A stretch of 64,000 nucleotides of DNA from a virus: positions 15,181 to 79,180 of the IMG/VR virus record IMGVR_UViG_3300000547_000002, one strand, 5' to 3'. Under the pieces are notes generated by a model that was not told the DNA's origin, searched no databases, and saw nothing but the letters and a program-made list of their open reading frames with translations. A program made the position numbers and the translations under genes. Positions 43,601 through 49,720 of the stretch are shown piece by piece; position 1 is the first letter of the stretch; every line of letters starts with the position of its first letter.

Positions 43601-44205
43601 ACTCCTCTGTATAAAGTGATGTCTGGATTCTGTGTTAAACCGTCTGGTGTAAAAACAAAAGCAAAGTTATCCCCATTATCTACAGATGTAACAGAATAGG
43701 TAGTTTCAACGTCAAACGATTCGCCCGCAACAGGAATAGGATCTGGGCCATTAGGGAGCCAATAGTATTCTCTGAAATTTACAAACTTGTCCCAGTCTAT
43801 GTGCGGATCCCACGCATAGTATTCCTGTCTATTAAGCAGAGAATGATCGTCTGTGTTACCTCCTATATTTGAGATTTGATTTATATAATCATTGTAATCG
43901 CGATAGAAGGTAACATTGTCTATCGAATCTTTGGCAACGACAGCAGGTTCTAGCTGATAGTCTTCTCTCTGTTTAGACACATCACCAATATAGAAATCGT
44001 CTGGTCTAAACGCAGGCGATGCTTTTCGGCCAAAATAACCGTTTATTTTTTCTACAACGCCGGGCTGCGTTAATTGATCAAACGTAGAAGAAAGAAATTT
44101 CTTGTTTGTTTCGGTCCTAAAATATCTAGGAAGGTGAAATGCGCTTTCTCTCTTGTCGTTATTACCGCCTGGCAATGGAAAATCATTTTGGTCATTAGTT
44201 GCCAT
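28657..44205 (-). CDS. Giant (5182 aa) virion structural / baseplate wedge-like protein
   Basis: Uninterrupted ORF coupled to the gp6-like gene. Contains FG-GAP-like repeats, CBM5/12-like W...Y..GD.V modules, GxGY..P.V.I.GGGG.GA repeats and an IPT/TIG-like domain. Confidence 0.8.
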   Translation of the reverse strand: MATNDQNDFPLPGGNNDKRESAFHLPRYFRTETNKKFLSSTFDQLTQPGVVEKINGYFGRKASPAFRPDDFYIGDVSKQREDYQLEPAVVAKDSIDNVTFYRDYNDYINQISNIGGNTDDHSLLNRQEYYAWDPHIDWDKFVNFREYYWLPNGPDPIPVAGESFDVETTYSVTSVDNGDNFAFVFTPDGLTQNPDITLYRGVAYRFVIDSPGVPISFRTERLTARAWTPFTSYSTGETVLVDSKIYIATQDHRSDDEFEKDADKWDNNEDLNLSRTIPVQGVEQGTVEFTLDENSPDFIYYVSDVDINAGGLIRIYDLEEASFIDVEKEIIGKKTYRTGQNFDLSNGMKIFFQGKTSPEFYQEGYYYVEGVGEEIALVPEAELTTPTDFLQNEIIEFDTEAYDTTPYSTAIGFAREKDYFTINRASGDGNLWSKYNRWTHRDIIETAARINNTELVIDQNQRATRPIIEFEAGLKLFNFGTAKKQAVDLVDDFTKDVFSTIEGSTGYSVDGVNLVEGMRVLFTADPDTFVSNKTFQVSFITFKGERQIALVEAEDAEPLIDQTVLCLQGRTYRGKILSYDGDTWSLSQQKESVNQPPLFDVFNCDGDSLADREVYPSSDFQGTRIFSYSMGNSPIDPELGIRLNYRNIRNIGDILFRFDLLQDSITFCPDNLQVLEEQTDLGFLKKFVSRTNFVWYNGWKKGFELSTQPVVRQFVVANSNTTFPIDVYDESALIDDLYVKVFVNNALQFQNRDYEFVTGSNNTLQIQFQRTLDNEDVVLIKTKSSQPKNQNGLYEIPSNLERNPQNENFEFITLGEINDHVQTIVSEIDEFEGAFPGVSNLRDQGTVSQFGKRIVKHSAPLSLALYHLDRNPANIIQAIRYSKNAYSKFKREFVEIATRLGFEGPTTKHFNQVMREYAANKTRQSEFFQTDMLAYGAAEISESRITFDGEVFFALSQPFDPNVLSSKSVLVYKNQQQLLIGYDYTITEENFVQLTESPSVGDTITIYEYETTNGSFVPATPTKLGLYPLFKPEKFVDDTYLEPREVIQGHDGSITKAYGDFRDDLLLELEKRIYNNIKIAYDPNIFDINDYVPSEFRSTGLTKDQIDDSILPDFISWTNLVEADYTENNFYERTNSFTYNYTGTGSIRDEVIRGYWRRIYKNLYDTDRPHTHPWEMLGYSEKPEWWEQTYGPAPYTRNNLILWEDLERGIIRKPDENIEFAPKYARPGLSAFVPVDAAGQLLPPLKTNYVKTYNSYELDNRFQFGDESPVETAWRRSSEYPFALISALIQNQPNRVFATAFDRSRTFRTGIDELSYEAANRQLTLSALKFPNRQTDEDIVLTSGLVNWIRDYIDSDQAYETYQQELKSLEVQLGFKLAGFSNKEKLKLLLDSRTPLNQGNVFVPEENYQIFLNTSTPIRNIFYSGVYIEKIPSGFIIRGYDEYNPVFTYYSYIEKQSDSTINVGGVSEATIEWDERKFISKGAVVVFQSRFYRTLESHTTSTQFDADKFVQLPEVPREGGRDIVIRTQFDRSQERTIKYGTVIENIQEVVDFLLGYGDWLEAKGFVFDYYEAENGFVADWQTAAKEFAFWTLQNWSEGSVISLSPGAFELRFRPENAMVGDIYDTFYGYSLFKVDGKPLEPRYVALTRENENEFRIRTRATEDGIFGVRISLIQKEHAVIIDNRTDFGDIIYDQGPGFRQERIKALGYRTTEWNGSLNIPGFVFDDARVTEWQPWRDYAIGDLVKYKEFFYAAKNRIPGAAVFNADDWQLLDERPESRLLPNFDYKTNQFADFYDLDTDNFDAEQQKFAQHLIGYQNRDYLANIINDDVSQYKFYQGFIQDKGTRNALTKLFDPLGSQDRESLEFFEEWAIKVGQYGAVDGFEEVEFVVDETQVSTDPQTFELVDSVDADYTGRVIKLLPGEVYLKPENYTHSIPVSKFVTKGYVQDSGYVAEEDVDFRVDTYDDILDIDYNQATLGSTVWVGNLEQDWDVYTLLNSDITVESIIESGSQFVLEISTGIFDLEIGEIISLDYTTQDGFYKIEDIVSNEVYVSGPNNLEIQENYAAINKLISSRFESARDVNRAINEIENGLSELYLDKDLNNRWKVLERSSSLVESEEINNPNSVPESFGTSFAVDSRNTVLVVGSPNDEDGKVFVYVRASASGNYKLAQTLVLQTGIADSGSRFGSSVAVSQDGRWIVVGAPGASNVASLYQGDFDENRDYAIGDVVRLRDNLWRATAPIQRFLESVPLGSWNSYLQNLIEKGLTGENDEQVEVVLAGNYPLVSVGADPDEQNIADHFLIRAPLDQYQGSSVGDQIKAEWNTLSYAYQDQTLLTERQPFNGDLANFDDSNLTGLLTISDKIETVLSIPNATAIPEAGQTIETANAVGTIAYVYNIGSALSIYIKDQNGDFDIEGTAITGIGEFIGQYEKVEPVENTADFSDAFGGFWKIDVAQNYEVNGKNSDTGRGLVIYDFVPQGETNQNRFYENVLNFEPPANSGPDDRYSEITTLSYEGLPGPYDQANFQLESDLFVVRAPKSISDRVAPGDEIDLFYNPVPSYENGVIKDITDTGLSVADVNKRHTIEYVWDGYIDITILGFESGRVVEPYDIFSEFVQLDPVTEQPIPQIIQDAEGLGTAEVLFYQKFNNDDARIYIRNIQGDWGLGRDFGENRTINFLADGSGDDFYDPDSGFRTIGQLDRRSFPNDDFGIGKMLVFKKQTPVLLEDIQNPRLLEAEYWFYREETVLGSTRPANVPSVINADWDKVFSVEASAGGDPSGLSNEGVVSVFERTGKVEWTNYKNLIVPDRKTDNQLGSQIESATINGLEKIFVKADESVASQNQEYGKIYSFKRGDSNGFFYDWELCIDKNYAGEYVETAATDDIIYSEGDVVFRNDKLYRAVTNVIPKPFDETEWELITTPVDYLGYIPNDSGLVLDNADISVLDAAGLVEFARDYAVSRNGEIIALSARYDDKDTVLVYRNLNEFYILDQTIQPDLADQDYGISVSITPDGRFIAVGAPRNSEGNIDQGKVYVYQQISGVFELIQTLVGPTEAIGEQFGTRVEFSDTILAITSKNSNASAVTTFDNQTTTFDKQFTMFVDQTENTGTVRLYQIEDNTALYFQTVDYDRGVRFFGENILLANEVLYASLPKLSTDRAEGVLIEYKKDSEDNFWSIKKQIKPTIDVDKIKQVILYNTKTNQLIEYLDYIDPLQGKVAGVADQEIDFKMYQDPATYTDGTQGNINKTNSWGARQVGKVWWDLSNARFLNPYQGTVTYSANNWNTLFSDSNSIDVYEWVESALLPSEWDSRSGTEQGFTQGITGTTRYGDNGYVTKRVYNEVTNTFSNRYYYWVRNKSTVPVVENRNLSARDIAQLISDPAGQGYRFAAFISKDEFAIYNSNSLFKNQDVALGVQYYTIENQDANVHNQYQILTENLESSRPNQDVEAKWFDSLVGFDQARRPVPDPALNPKQKYGILNRPRQSWFVNRIEALKQFVERLNRVLIDNLIIDEKDISGLLDTDPKPSIVSNRYDRTVETEIDLEFIGITRARPAVLKPVIDNGRIVDVDIVDAGRSYQRPPTIEIIGTGTGAELELEIDTQGRIVSVEIVSEGEYYNDATTILVRPFAVLVENDSTIDGKWAIYQRNRDNTDWIRISSQAYDVTKYWEYQDWYAAGYNANTGISFLIDSSYELFGLNDVIGDIVKIKNINSGGWLLLEKIADNDFIDYTQNYKTIGRENGTIQILPRLYDTARNLTGYDVTAFDGVNFDALPTTETRKILETVRDDILVDDLAGEYNGLFFASLRYVFAEQNFVDWAFKTSFVKAQHNVGELEQKLTFSNDNLASYEEYVKEVKPYKTKVREYLSTYDNRDNTETVVTDFDLPPRFVESEQKILPFKTVVRNNEVVTSDGDIVQDPYSNWIENFTHRVIEIDVVDSGQGYTNRPVVEITGGGGTGATAQASLGAGGTVSQISIVTQGSGYLSSPQVNIIGSIEEGGTPARAVARIGDNPVRTASVKIKFDRTSGNFEFVSLDTTETFTGSGFRQEFDLKWPMDLRSDRVSVFIDNAPVPRGTYSYENVVDNSKTYERSLGRVVIDPAPAAGTEIRIEYRKALDILKAADRINFEYDPKEGDLGKYLGQLMYGVDYGGVEITGFDFSGQTGWDSQGWFAQPWDVFDTDFEDEIINLDGSTITVELSQPLEANVVYNIYRVARDSNGNIVSNERMDDPNFGTADQTNENATCVSLIGDGSTTQIELDELNIPTTPEDSTEDSITIIVRKITSDGSFIPDPDSYDVSLSGGSLNYTNARGVLAEEIEIDGDGFVTETTSRGPEEIVPGQLQDTLDIQVYESPAAGGSSIEVRNFVADGARTEFSIGETPVNRDALFVKVDHDLKDSQDYVVDYQNGAVIFNSAPAANAVVSIVNLGNSGSRIFDIQQFQGDGETGEFLIPAAYSEDLEAYVTVNGVDKAFELQEADETYDRPGDTIVKFASPPAANSFVNIMVAESGIENSNLSIVRLDEFVADGSTTQFTLENDIFAQQPAVNNVLVFINDKLLRSVYNKQFEIQEGVLSYQLDVAQIPSDTTDPRYLEVYLNGNLLNYPGDFTFDPTDIPGVVNGNVINLVTGTAQPGDILEVFVMNTGEYRFGFIDESGEFIPQRGEDSTKPTLNIDSPYSEGDSIKVYSFSNHDIQNIERQVLTVNLNPNIAEGTPQWFENQQLSKGVINLTKPAQKKNSVWVVKNGNLLNHNVDYSVQNGGETVKLAEIPQDGDELEIIHFAANDVKPIFAWRQFKDILNRTHYKRIGKKQQLAEDLNWFDKRIEVIDASELPDPNYNSRMPGIVFIEGERIEYFVKQGNTLTQLRRGTLGTGVKDRYEAGTVIVEQGSANNLPYQDETQTIIVESSGYSRGLVEFENSPGVSITGITYDFNNNSAFPLGGQTATVTGTGFRENVVVHVGETECETTYINSETLQFVTPELPVGAYDLIVLNPATTTPLNIAQTSAVAPALVEYLQILLPYAPQPNPASETNWYKETEVISVADITPGRGYVIQESGDTDFVAIGAANNSPGTEFIATGVGSGTGRVINYTSIPYEYWEAQDIEVFVGGKRLRKTPYRVYNYEELDSPEGDIIREAEFAVNKNIGQYVRLTETPPPGIKISIVRKTGSLWSDIGTPLAQSNSDVAEFLLSQTTELPR

Positions 44206-47200
44206 TAGTGTTAAATCCTCCGATATTGGAGCTTGTTAAGCTTGAACTCTGTATGCCTGTGTTAGCCATTGAAGATTCTGTGATAATAGACGAACTTGCT
44301 CTTAATTCAGTTGCGGTTATTTCGTCTATGATTTCTATATCTGCTACCGTTGCGCCCGATATAAAAATTTCATTTGATTCAGATTTTATTTCGTATAGTG
44401 ATCCAAATGATGCTGTGCCTTCTACTGGCACTATTACAAAACTTGCTAAGTCTGGAGCGTTTTCATTGATAACATATGCTGCTAATTCTGAAAAATAAAA
44501 TACATCTCCAAAATCCCAATTGTCAAGAGCAAAATATCTATTGATGCTTCGTATTACTCGCGATTTTAATTCGTTGTCGTTTATTACAAGATCCGGATTC
44601 TTTACAATCTTGAAACTGGCCTGTAATTCTGGATCTGCCTTGTCTCCGAACAGAATCTTGTATTTCACAGGATGATAGATGATTTCGTCACTTATGCTTT
44701 TTATGCTGTTCAATTCTTGTCCAAAGTTAATAAACAGGCTGTCGTTGCTCGGAGGCAGAGGCTTGGTTTCTATATCTCCGCTTAACCATTGTCTAAACTC
44801 TTGATCGTAGGATCTTGTCAATAAGAATGTGTCTATAATATTAGAAGCACCTGGATCTATTCTTACGTTTTGATCAGCAGAGTGAAAATACTGAAATCTT
44901 AGTTTGTCTCTACCAACTCTTGCTCTATAATTCGAATTGAGAGAAGTGGTGTTTGTTTCTGTGTTTAGATTTTCAAATATATCTTCTTGAACATAGTAGA
45001 GCAGTTGATTGTTTTCAAATTCGCTCTTTGGAACTCTTTCGAATTCTGTTTTCTGATTGAATACTCTTATGCCAAGATCTTCTTTTGACACATATACAAA
45101 ATCATTAACACCGTCGTTCGTTCTTACAGATTCAAGGAAAACCAATTTGTCTGCGGGATTTGTATTCTCCGCGACTACGTCTTCAAATGTGTCCGGAGAA
45201 TCTACAACACCGTCGTTGTCAGAATCAAAGAAACTAACTTCAATTTTTTTAGAATCTACATAACCTAGTTCGTCTCTGAATTCTTTTACAATTTCCCAAT
45301 CAAAATTTCTGTTGAACGGTTCTACGGAATCTGGCTGTGTGTTAATGTCAAGCACGGAAATTCTGTCTTTAATGGTTTTGCCAGTGGTAACGTCATATAC
45401 CGTGTCTGAACTATCATAGTAAAATCTTACTTCTTGGTCAGACTCGAAAATATATCGTAGTGTTCTGTAGGTTACTGTATAGTTTTCACCGTTAGTTTCG
45501 AACACAATAAACCAACTTGCGTCAAGTTCGTTATCTGTCGTGTCGCCTGTTTTTCCGATAGAAAAATCAGCGTTTGTGTTAAGATTGTTTTGAGTAATAA
45601 TCTGCCATTCACCTAATGTTCTGTCGTAGCGAATGCCAAACGTGTTGAATGAAAATATTTGATCTATTGCTTGATTTCTTACTTCGTCTGTTAGGCTGTT
45701 AGGCAAATCTGTTACAATTTCTGCTACTATTGCGCCTGTTGGCACAGAATCTGCGAGAACAACAGCACCAACACCTGCGTCTGAATCTTCTGTGCCGTCG
45801 CCTGTGACAGAGATTACCTTCGTCCATATCTGAGTGGATCCGCCTTGTGGGCCTGGCATGCCTTGTGCCAAGGCGCCGTTTAGAAAATATTGTCCAGCCG
45901 GTGCTTCGAATTTTACAAGTGAATTTGTTCTTATAAATCTAAGATTAGACGAAGCAAATTCTCCTACTTTTGCTCTCAATCCACCCGCATTAACAAAAGA
46001 CCCAGAAGAAGAATTTGTTTGATCAAGCACTCTTTGCCAGGTATTTTCTAGGTCTCTTACTATAATTCTAGGATATTGGTCTAGATAGAAATTGTATAAA
46101 TTTCTTTCTTCGAACAGCGGTTCTATTCTATTAACAATTATGCCTTCTATTTCTGTTAGACCGTTGAAATCAAATTCTATCTTTTCGTCTATGTATTCTT
46201 TGTATAGAGCTCCGTCTGACGCAAAAATGTTTGTGGCACTATATTTGCCACTGGGGTCGATTAAATCAAAATATCTAGACACGCCAGAGGATGATCTATT
46301 CACTGATTTTGTTTTGATGATTTCTTGGCTTAAGCCGAGAGGTGCTATCTGATAGTCTTCTCCTGTGATCATCCTATTTTGAGTGTAATAGGTAGAAGGA
46401 GCATTGGTCTTGATGCTTTCGTTTGTTTCTGATACACTGGCATTGTCTATTGTGTATTTTAAAGAACAGATAAGAGTAATAGTTTCCGCTCTACCCGTTT
46501 GGGAAATATAAGGAATTCTTATCGCTATATTCCTCATATCCTGCGGCTTGATTAGAATTCTAGAATTAGCACTGGTTCTATAATAAACTCTGAATCCGCC
46601 CTGCGGTAGATTGCCAAATGTGCCGTCTGCGAATATTAGAGAAATTCTGTCTTCTACTCTTGTAAGCACAGAATAAATGTTTCTTTGATCTTTTTCCAAG
46701 CTGTTGTAAATTACGTTATTTCCTTCTACAGCATCAACTCTTGTCCAAAGTTCTTGTTCTAAACCGTTTTCGTCTGTAGAATATAACCATACATCTGTTT
46801 CATTGACATTAATAGCATCAATAGCAGCAACTTGATTTGTGCTTGGATTGGTAATTGAAAAATCACCAAGGTCGAGCGAGCCCTGTCTAAAGTGACAGAA
46901 GTAACCTGTGTTTGTGCTTGCTGGTCCTTGACCGTCGTTTCTGTGTAGAAAGCCGAAGTCATTGCCAGGCAGTGGTGCTTCTTCCTGAATTCTATCCCCT
47001 GCAATGTCTGTTGAGACTAACTCGAACGTGAGAGATCTTCCATCTACTGCTTTCGTAAAACTAAAGGTAGGGACAGCGTTAGATGCTCCATTCAGTTTAT
47101 ATTGTTCTGTTGGAACACCATTGATGTTTGCTGATTTAGCAGGATTGCCTATTTTATTATTATTAGGAAGTGCTGCGTTTAACACTCTTTGAAACTGCTC

Positions 47201-47659
47201 GTTCCAGTTAGAATTAGAAGGATCATTCCATACAACGGTTTGATTCGCAAGATTAACGTTGTTGGAATCTCTTACTGCTTCTGTAGTCGATACAGAGTCT
47301 ATCTTTAGTAGGCCGTTTGCTGCTTGGTTTCTTTTAGGGTTGTACGAAAGCAGTCTTGCTAATCGTAAAACACTTTCTCTTCTTTCTGCTAATTCTAGGT
47401 AGTTTTCTCTAGCATTAAGATCTATTCTAAACGCAATGTTTTGGCCTAGGAAAGCCATCATGTCTATTAGAGCAAGATATTCGGATGACTCTATGTAGTC
47501 GTTAAAATCTTCGGGATAGTTCTCTCGAAGATAATTGATCATTGTTCTGCGAATATTGTCAAAGTCGTAACTTTGGAATTCCGCATTTCTAAATGATTGA
47601 TAAACTCTTTTCCAATCTTCAGATACTAATAATCTATTTTGTCTGTTAGTAATAGACAT
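44195..47659 (-). CDS. Baseplate wedge subunit, T4 gp6-like
   Basis: YDFDNIR..INYLR...DFNDYIESS...LIDMMAF...ENYLELAERRESVLRLARLLSYNPKR and TQNRMITGEDY. Confidence 0.85.
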   Translation of the reverse strand: MSITNRQNRLLVSEDWKRVYQSFRNAEFQSYDFDNIRRTMINYLRENYPEDFNDYIESSEYLALIDMMAFLGQNIAFRIDLNARENYLELAERRESVLRLARLLSYNPKRNQAANGLLKIDSVSTTEAVRDSNNVNLANQTVVWNDPSNSNWNEQFQRVLNAALPNNNKIGNPAKSANINGVPTEQYKLNGASNAVPTFSFTKAVDGRSLTFELVSTDIAGDRIQEEAPLPGNDFGFLHRNDGQGPASTNTGYFCHFRQGSLDLGDFSITNPSTNQVAAIDAINVNETDVWLYSTDENGLEQELWTRVDAVEGNNVIYNSLEKDQRNIYSVLTRVEDRISLIFADGTFGNLPQGGFRVYYRTSANSRILIKPQDMRNIAIRIPYISQTGRAETITLICSLKYTIDNASVSETNESIKTNAPSTYYTQNRMITGEDYQIAPLGLSQEIIKTKSVNRSSSGVSRYFDLIDPSGKYSATNIFASDGALYKEYIDEKIEFDFNGLTEIEGIIVNRIEPLFEERNLYNFYLDQYPRIIVRDLENTWQRVLDQTNSSSGSFVNAGGLRAKVGEFASSNLRFIRTNSLVKFEAPAGQYFLNGALAQGMPGPQGGSTQIWTKVISVTGDGTEDSDAGVGAVVLADSVPTGAIVAEIVTDLPNSLTDEVRNQAIDQIFSFNTFGIRYDRTLGEWQIITQNNLNTNADFSIGKTGDTTDNELDASWFIVFETNGENYTVTYRTLRYIFESDQEVRFYYDSSDTVYDVTTGKTIKDRISVLDINTQPDSVEPFNRNFDWEIVKEFRDELGYVDSKKIEVSFFDSDNDGVVDSPDTFEDVVAENTNPADKLVFLESVRTNDGVNDFVYVSKEDLGIRVFNQKTEFERVPKSEFENNQLLYYVQEDIFENLNTETNTTSLNSNYRARVGRDKLRFQYFHSADQNVRIDPGASNIIDTFLLTRSYDQEFRQWLSGDIETKPLPPSNDSLFINFGQELNSIKSISDEIIYHPVKYKILFGDKADPELQASFKIVKNPDLVINDNELKSRVIRSINRYFALDNWDFGDVFYFSELAAYVINENAPDLASFVIVPVEGTASFGSLYEIKSESNEIFISGATVADIEIIDEITATELRASSSIITESSMANTGIQSSSLTSSNIGGFNTNGN

Positions 47660-47680
47660 GCATGTTTCCTATTATACAAG

Positions 47681-47688
47681 TATTTATT
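47681..47688 (-). promoter_or_regulatory. Late promoter-like AATAAATA
   Basis: About 21 nt upstream of the gp6-like ATG, followed by an AGGA SD. Confidence 0.55.
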
Positions 47689-47712
47689 TTAGACAATTAT
47701 CTGGTATGTTAA

Positions 47713-48156
47713 CTAGAGAATACCTGCGTTTTCGTCAAATTCAATACGCAGTGTCTCTGAGATATTGTAGGTTAGATAGGTAAGAGTGCATTCTACTTGA
47801 ATACCATTGTCGTATTCATCTATCACGATACTATCGACAGAAACTCTAGGATCATAATTTACAATTCTTGTTACGTCGTCTGCTATAGCGTCTTTGATTG
47901 GATCAGTTAGTGGCTCGTAGATTGCGCTCCAGATAATTGTGCCAAACTCTGGGTCAGAAAGCTTTTCGCCTTTCTGGATGTTAAAATGATTGAGTAGATC
48001 CTGTTTTATAAGTGAAATGTCATATAAAACAAAATTTGTAGCATCAGGATCAACGGTAGATATACCTCTGTAAGCCCTGCTTGTAACTGGAGGCTGGGCT
48101 TTTTTGTTAGAAGGTATATTAACCTGTTTATAGATATTCTTTTCTGTTGAAGCCAT
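47713..48156 (-). CDS. Baseplate wedge subunit, gp25/GPW-like
   Basis: LIKQDLLNHF...GEKLSDPEFGT.IW..IYEP...YDPRV. Confidence 0.88.
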   Translation of the reverse strand: MASTEKNIYKQVNIPSNKKAQPPVTSRAYRGISTVDPDATNFVLYDISLIKQDLLNHFNIQKGEKLSDPEFGTIIWSAIYEPLTDPIKDAIADDVTRIVNYDPRVSVDSIVIDEYDNGIQVECTLTYLTYNISETLRIEFDENAGIL

Positions 48157-48170
48157 AACGTATTTAACTC

Positions 48171-49718
48171 CTAGCTGCCTTTCCTAAAAGTATCAGCAGT
48201 AGACTTATACTCTGCTGTCTCCGGCGGATTAATAGTGATAGCACCGTCTTCTTGTTTTTTTACATCTGTTTCTGTAGGAGTGTAAAATGCTGGATTTAAA
48301 TTCTCGTGATGTGGCCAAGGTTCGTGTTGAGGAACACGTCTTAATATGCTAACAATGTCTATTGTTTCTCTAGGATCTCCTGGCAATGTCCAGGTTGCAA
48401 AACCTGTTTGTATACTTGCTTCTACAGCATCTGGTCCGTTCATGTATACTTTACCGTTTGGCGTTTGTTCTGTATGGTTTCCGTTAATCGAAAGTATATC
48501 TGTGTTTTGTCCTGCTGTAATTCTATTTGACAATTCAGTGTTAATATCTAGATTACCAACAGTAGTAATCAGTCCATTGTTTTTTACAGTAATTTTTAAA
48601 TCATTAGCAGTTTCTATCTGTAGATTTCTACCTGACTTAACATTAAAATCTCTTCCTGCTTCAAAATTTATATCTCTATCAGCTTTAAAATTTATATCTG
48701 CTTGAGTATGCACAGATATAGAATCTTCTGCGTAAATGTCTATTTTGCCATTTGAAGTTAGTTCAATCCAAGAAGTTCCTTGTGCATTACCAATATAAAT
48801 GAGATCTTCTGCATTATGTAGAAGTATTTGATGACCTGTTCTCGTCTTAAGACGCAGCATTTCATTGTGAGGTATTGTAGGATCTCCGCCCGACTCTGGT
48901 TCGGACCTGTTTAGATCGGCATAATTAGGAGCAAAGTCTTTTGCTGCGCCTTTTCTTAGGAGACTCGAGTCTCCGTCGTCCATTACAAAAGAACTTCCGC
49001 CTAGTCTGTTATGATAATACTCTACTCCCTGATAATCAGATCGAGGCGCTCCTTGACGTCTGTCTGCAGGTCCTGGTGTAGAAATGCCAAACACACTAGA
49101 CGGAACTTCTCTTCTTGCACTAGAAGTTGTAAATCCTCTTGTTTCGTCTTCAATCAAACCTTGTCTATCAAGAACTCCTTTAATATCAGTGTTGACTGGT
49201 TTTACAAATTTTGTTCTATCTGCGCCGTTTTGTTCTTGTTTTTGATTGTATTCCCCTACTGGAAATTTATTTTCACTGTCTTCTGCATTATAGGTAGTAG
49301 CAACATCTGTGCCAGGTAGCATGAAATTTACACTTTCGTCTATCACACAACCAATCCAATAGGGCATATCGCCTTCGCCTACTATGACAAGAACTTTAGT
49401 GCCAACGTCTGGCGGAACAAACCACATTCCATAAGATTTTTGCGAGTTTTGGTGTCCGTCGTTGTTGGTTACGCTTTCGTAAGGTGTAACACCATAAAAA
49501 GGAGAAAGATACTTACATATTATGTGTCCGTTTTCGTTTTTAGGAAGATTGCCTACTGTAGTTTTATACACAAATTCTACTGCAATTCTTCCTTGATACT
49601 CTGGATCAATGTGATTCCTAACTATAGCAAGATAGGGACCAGGTGTCCAGGTGTTATTCACCATATTATACGGCGAACGCTTGTAACTTCCTGTGTTGTG
49701 GGTAACCCAATCTTTCAT
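48171..49718 (-). CDS. Baseplate central spike, gp5/VgrG-like (no lysozyme domain seen)
   Basis: OB-fold DPEYQGRI...GMWFVPPDVGTKVLV; beta-helix repeats INFKADRDINFEAGRDFNVKSG. Confidence 0.75.
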   Translation of the reverse strand: MKDWVTHNTGSYKRSPYNMVNNTWTPGPYLAIVRNHIDPEYQGRIAVEFVYKTTVGNLPKNENGHIICKYLSPFYGVTPYESVTNNDGHQNSQKSYGMWFVPPDVGTKVLVIVGEGDMPYWIGCVIDESVNFMLPGTDVATTYNAEDSENKFPVGEYNQKQEQNGADRTKFVKPVNTDIKGVLDRQGLIEDETRGFTTSSARREVPSSVFGISTPGPADRRQGAPRSDYQGVEYYHNRLGGSSFVMDDGDSSLLRKGAAKDFAPNYADLNRSEPESGGDPTIPHNEMLRLKTRTGHQILLHNAEDLIYIGNAQGTSWIELTSNGKIDIYAEDSISVHTQADINFKADRDINFEAGRDFNVKSGRNLQIETANDLKITVKNNGLITTVGNLDINTELSNRITAGQNTDILSINGNHTEQTPNGKVYMNGPDAVEASIQTGFATWTLPGDPRETIDIVSILRRVPQHEPWPHHENLNPAFYTPTETDVKKQEDGAITINPPETAEYKSTADTFRKGS

Positions 49719-49720
49719 TA

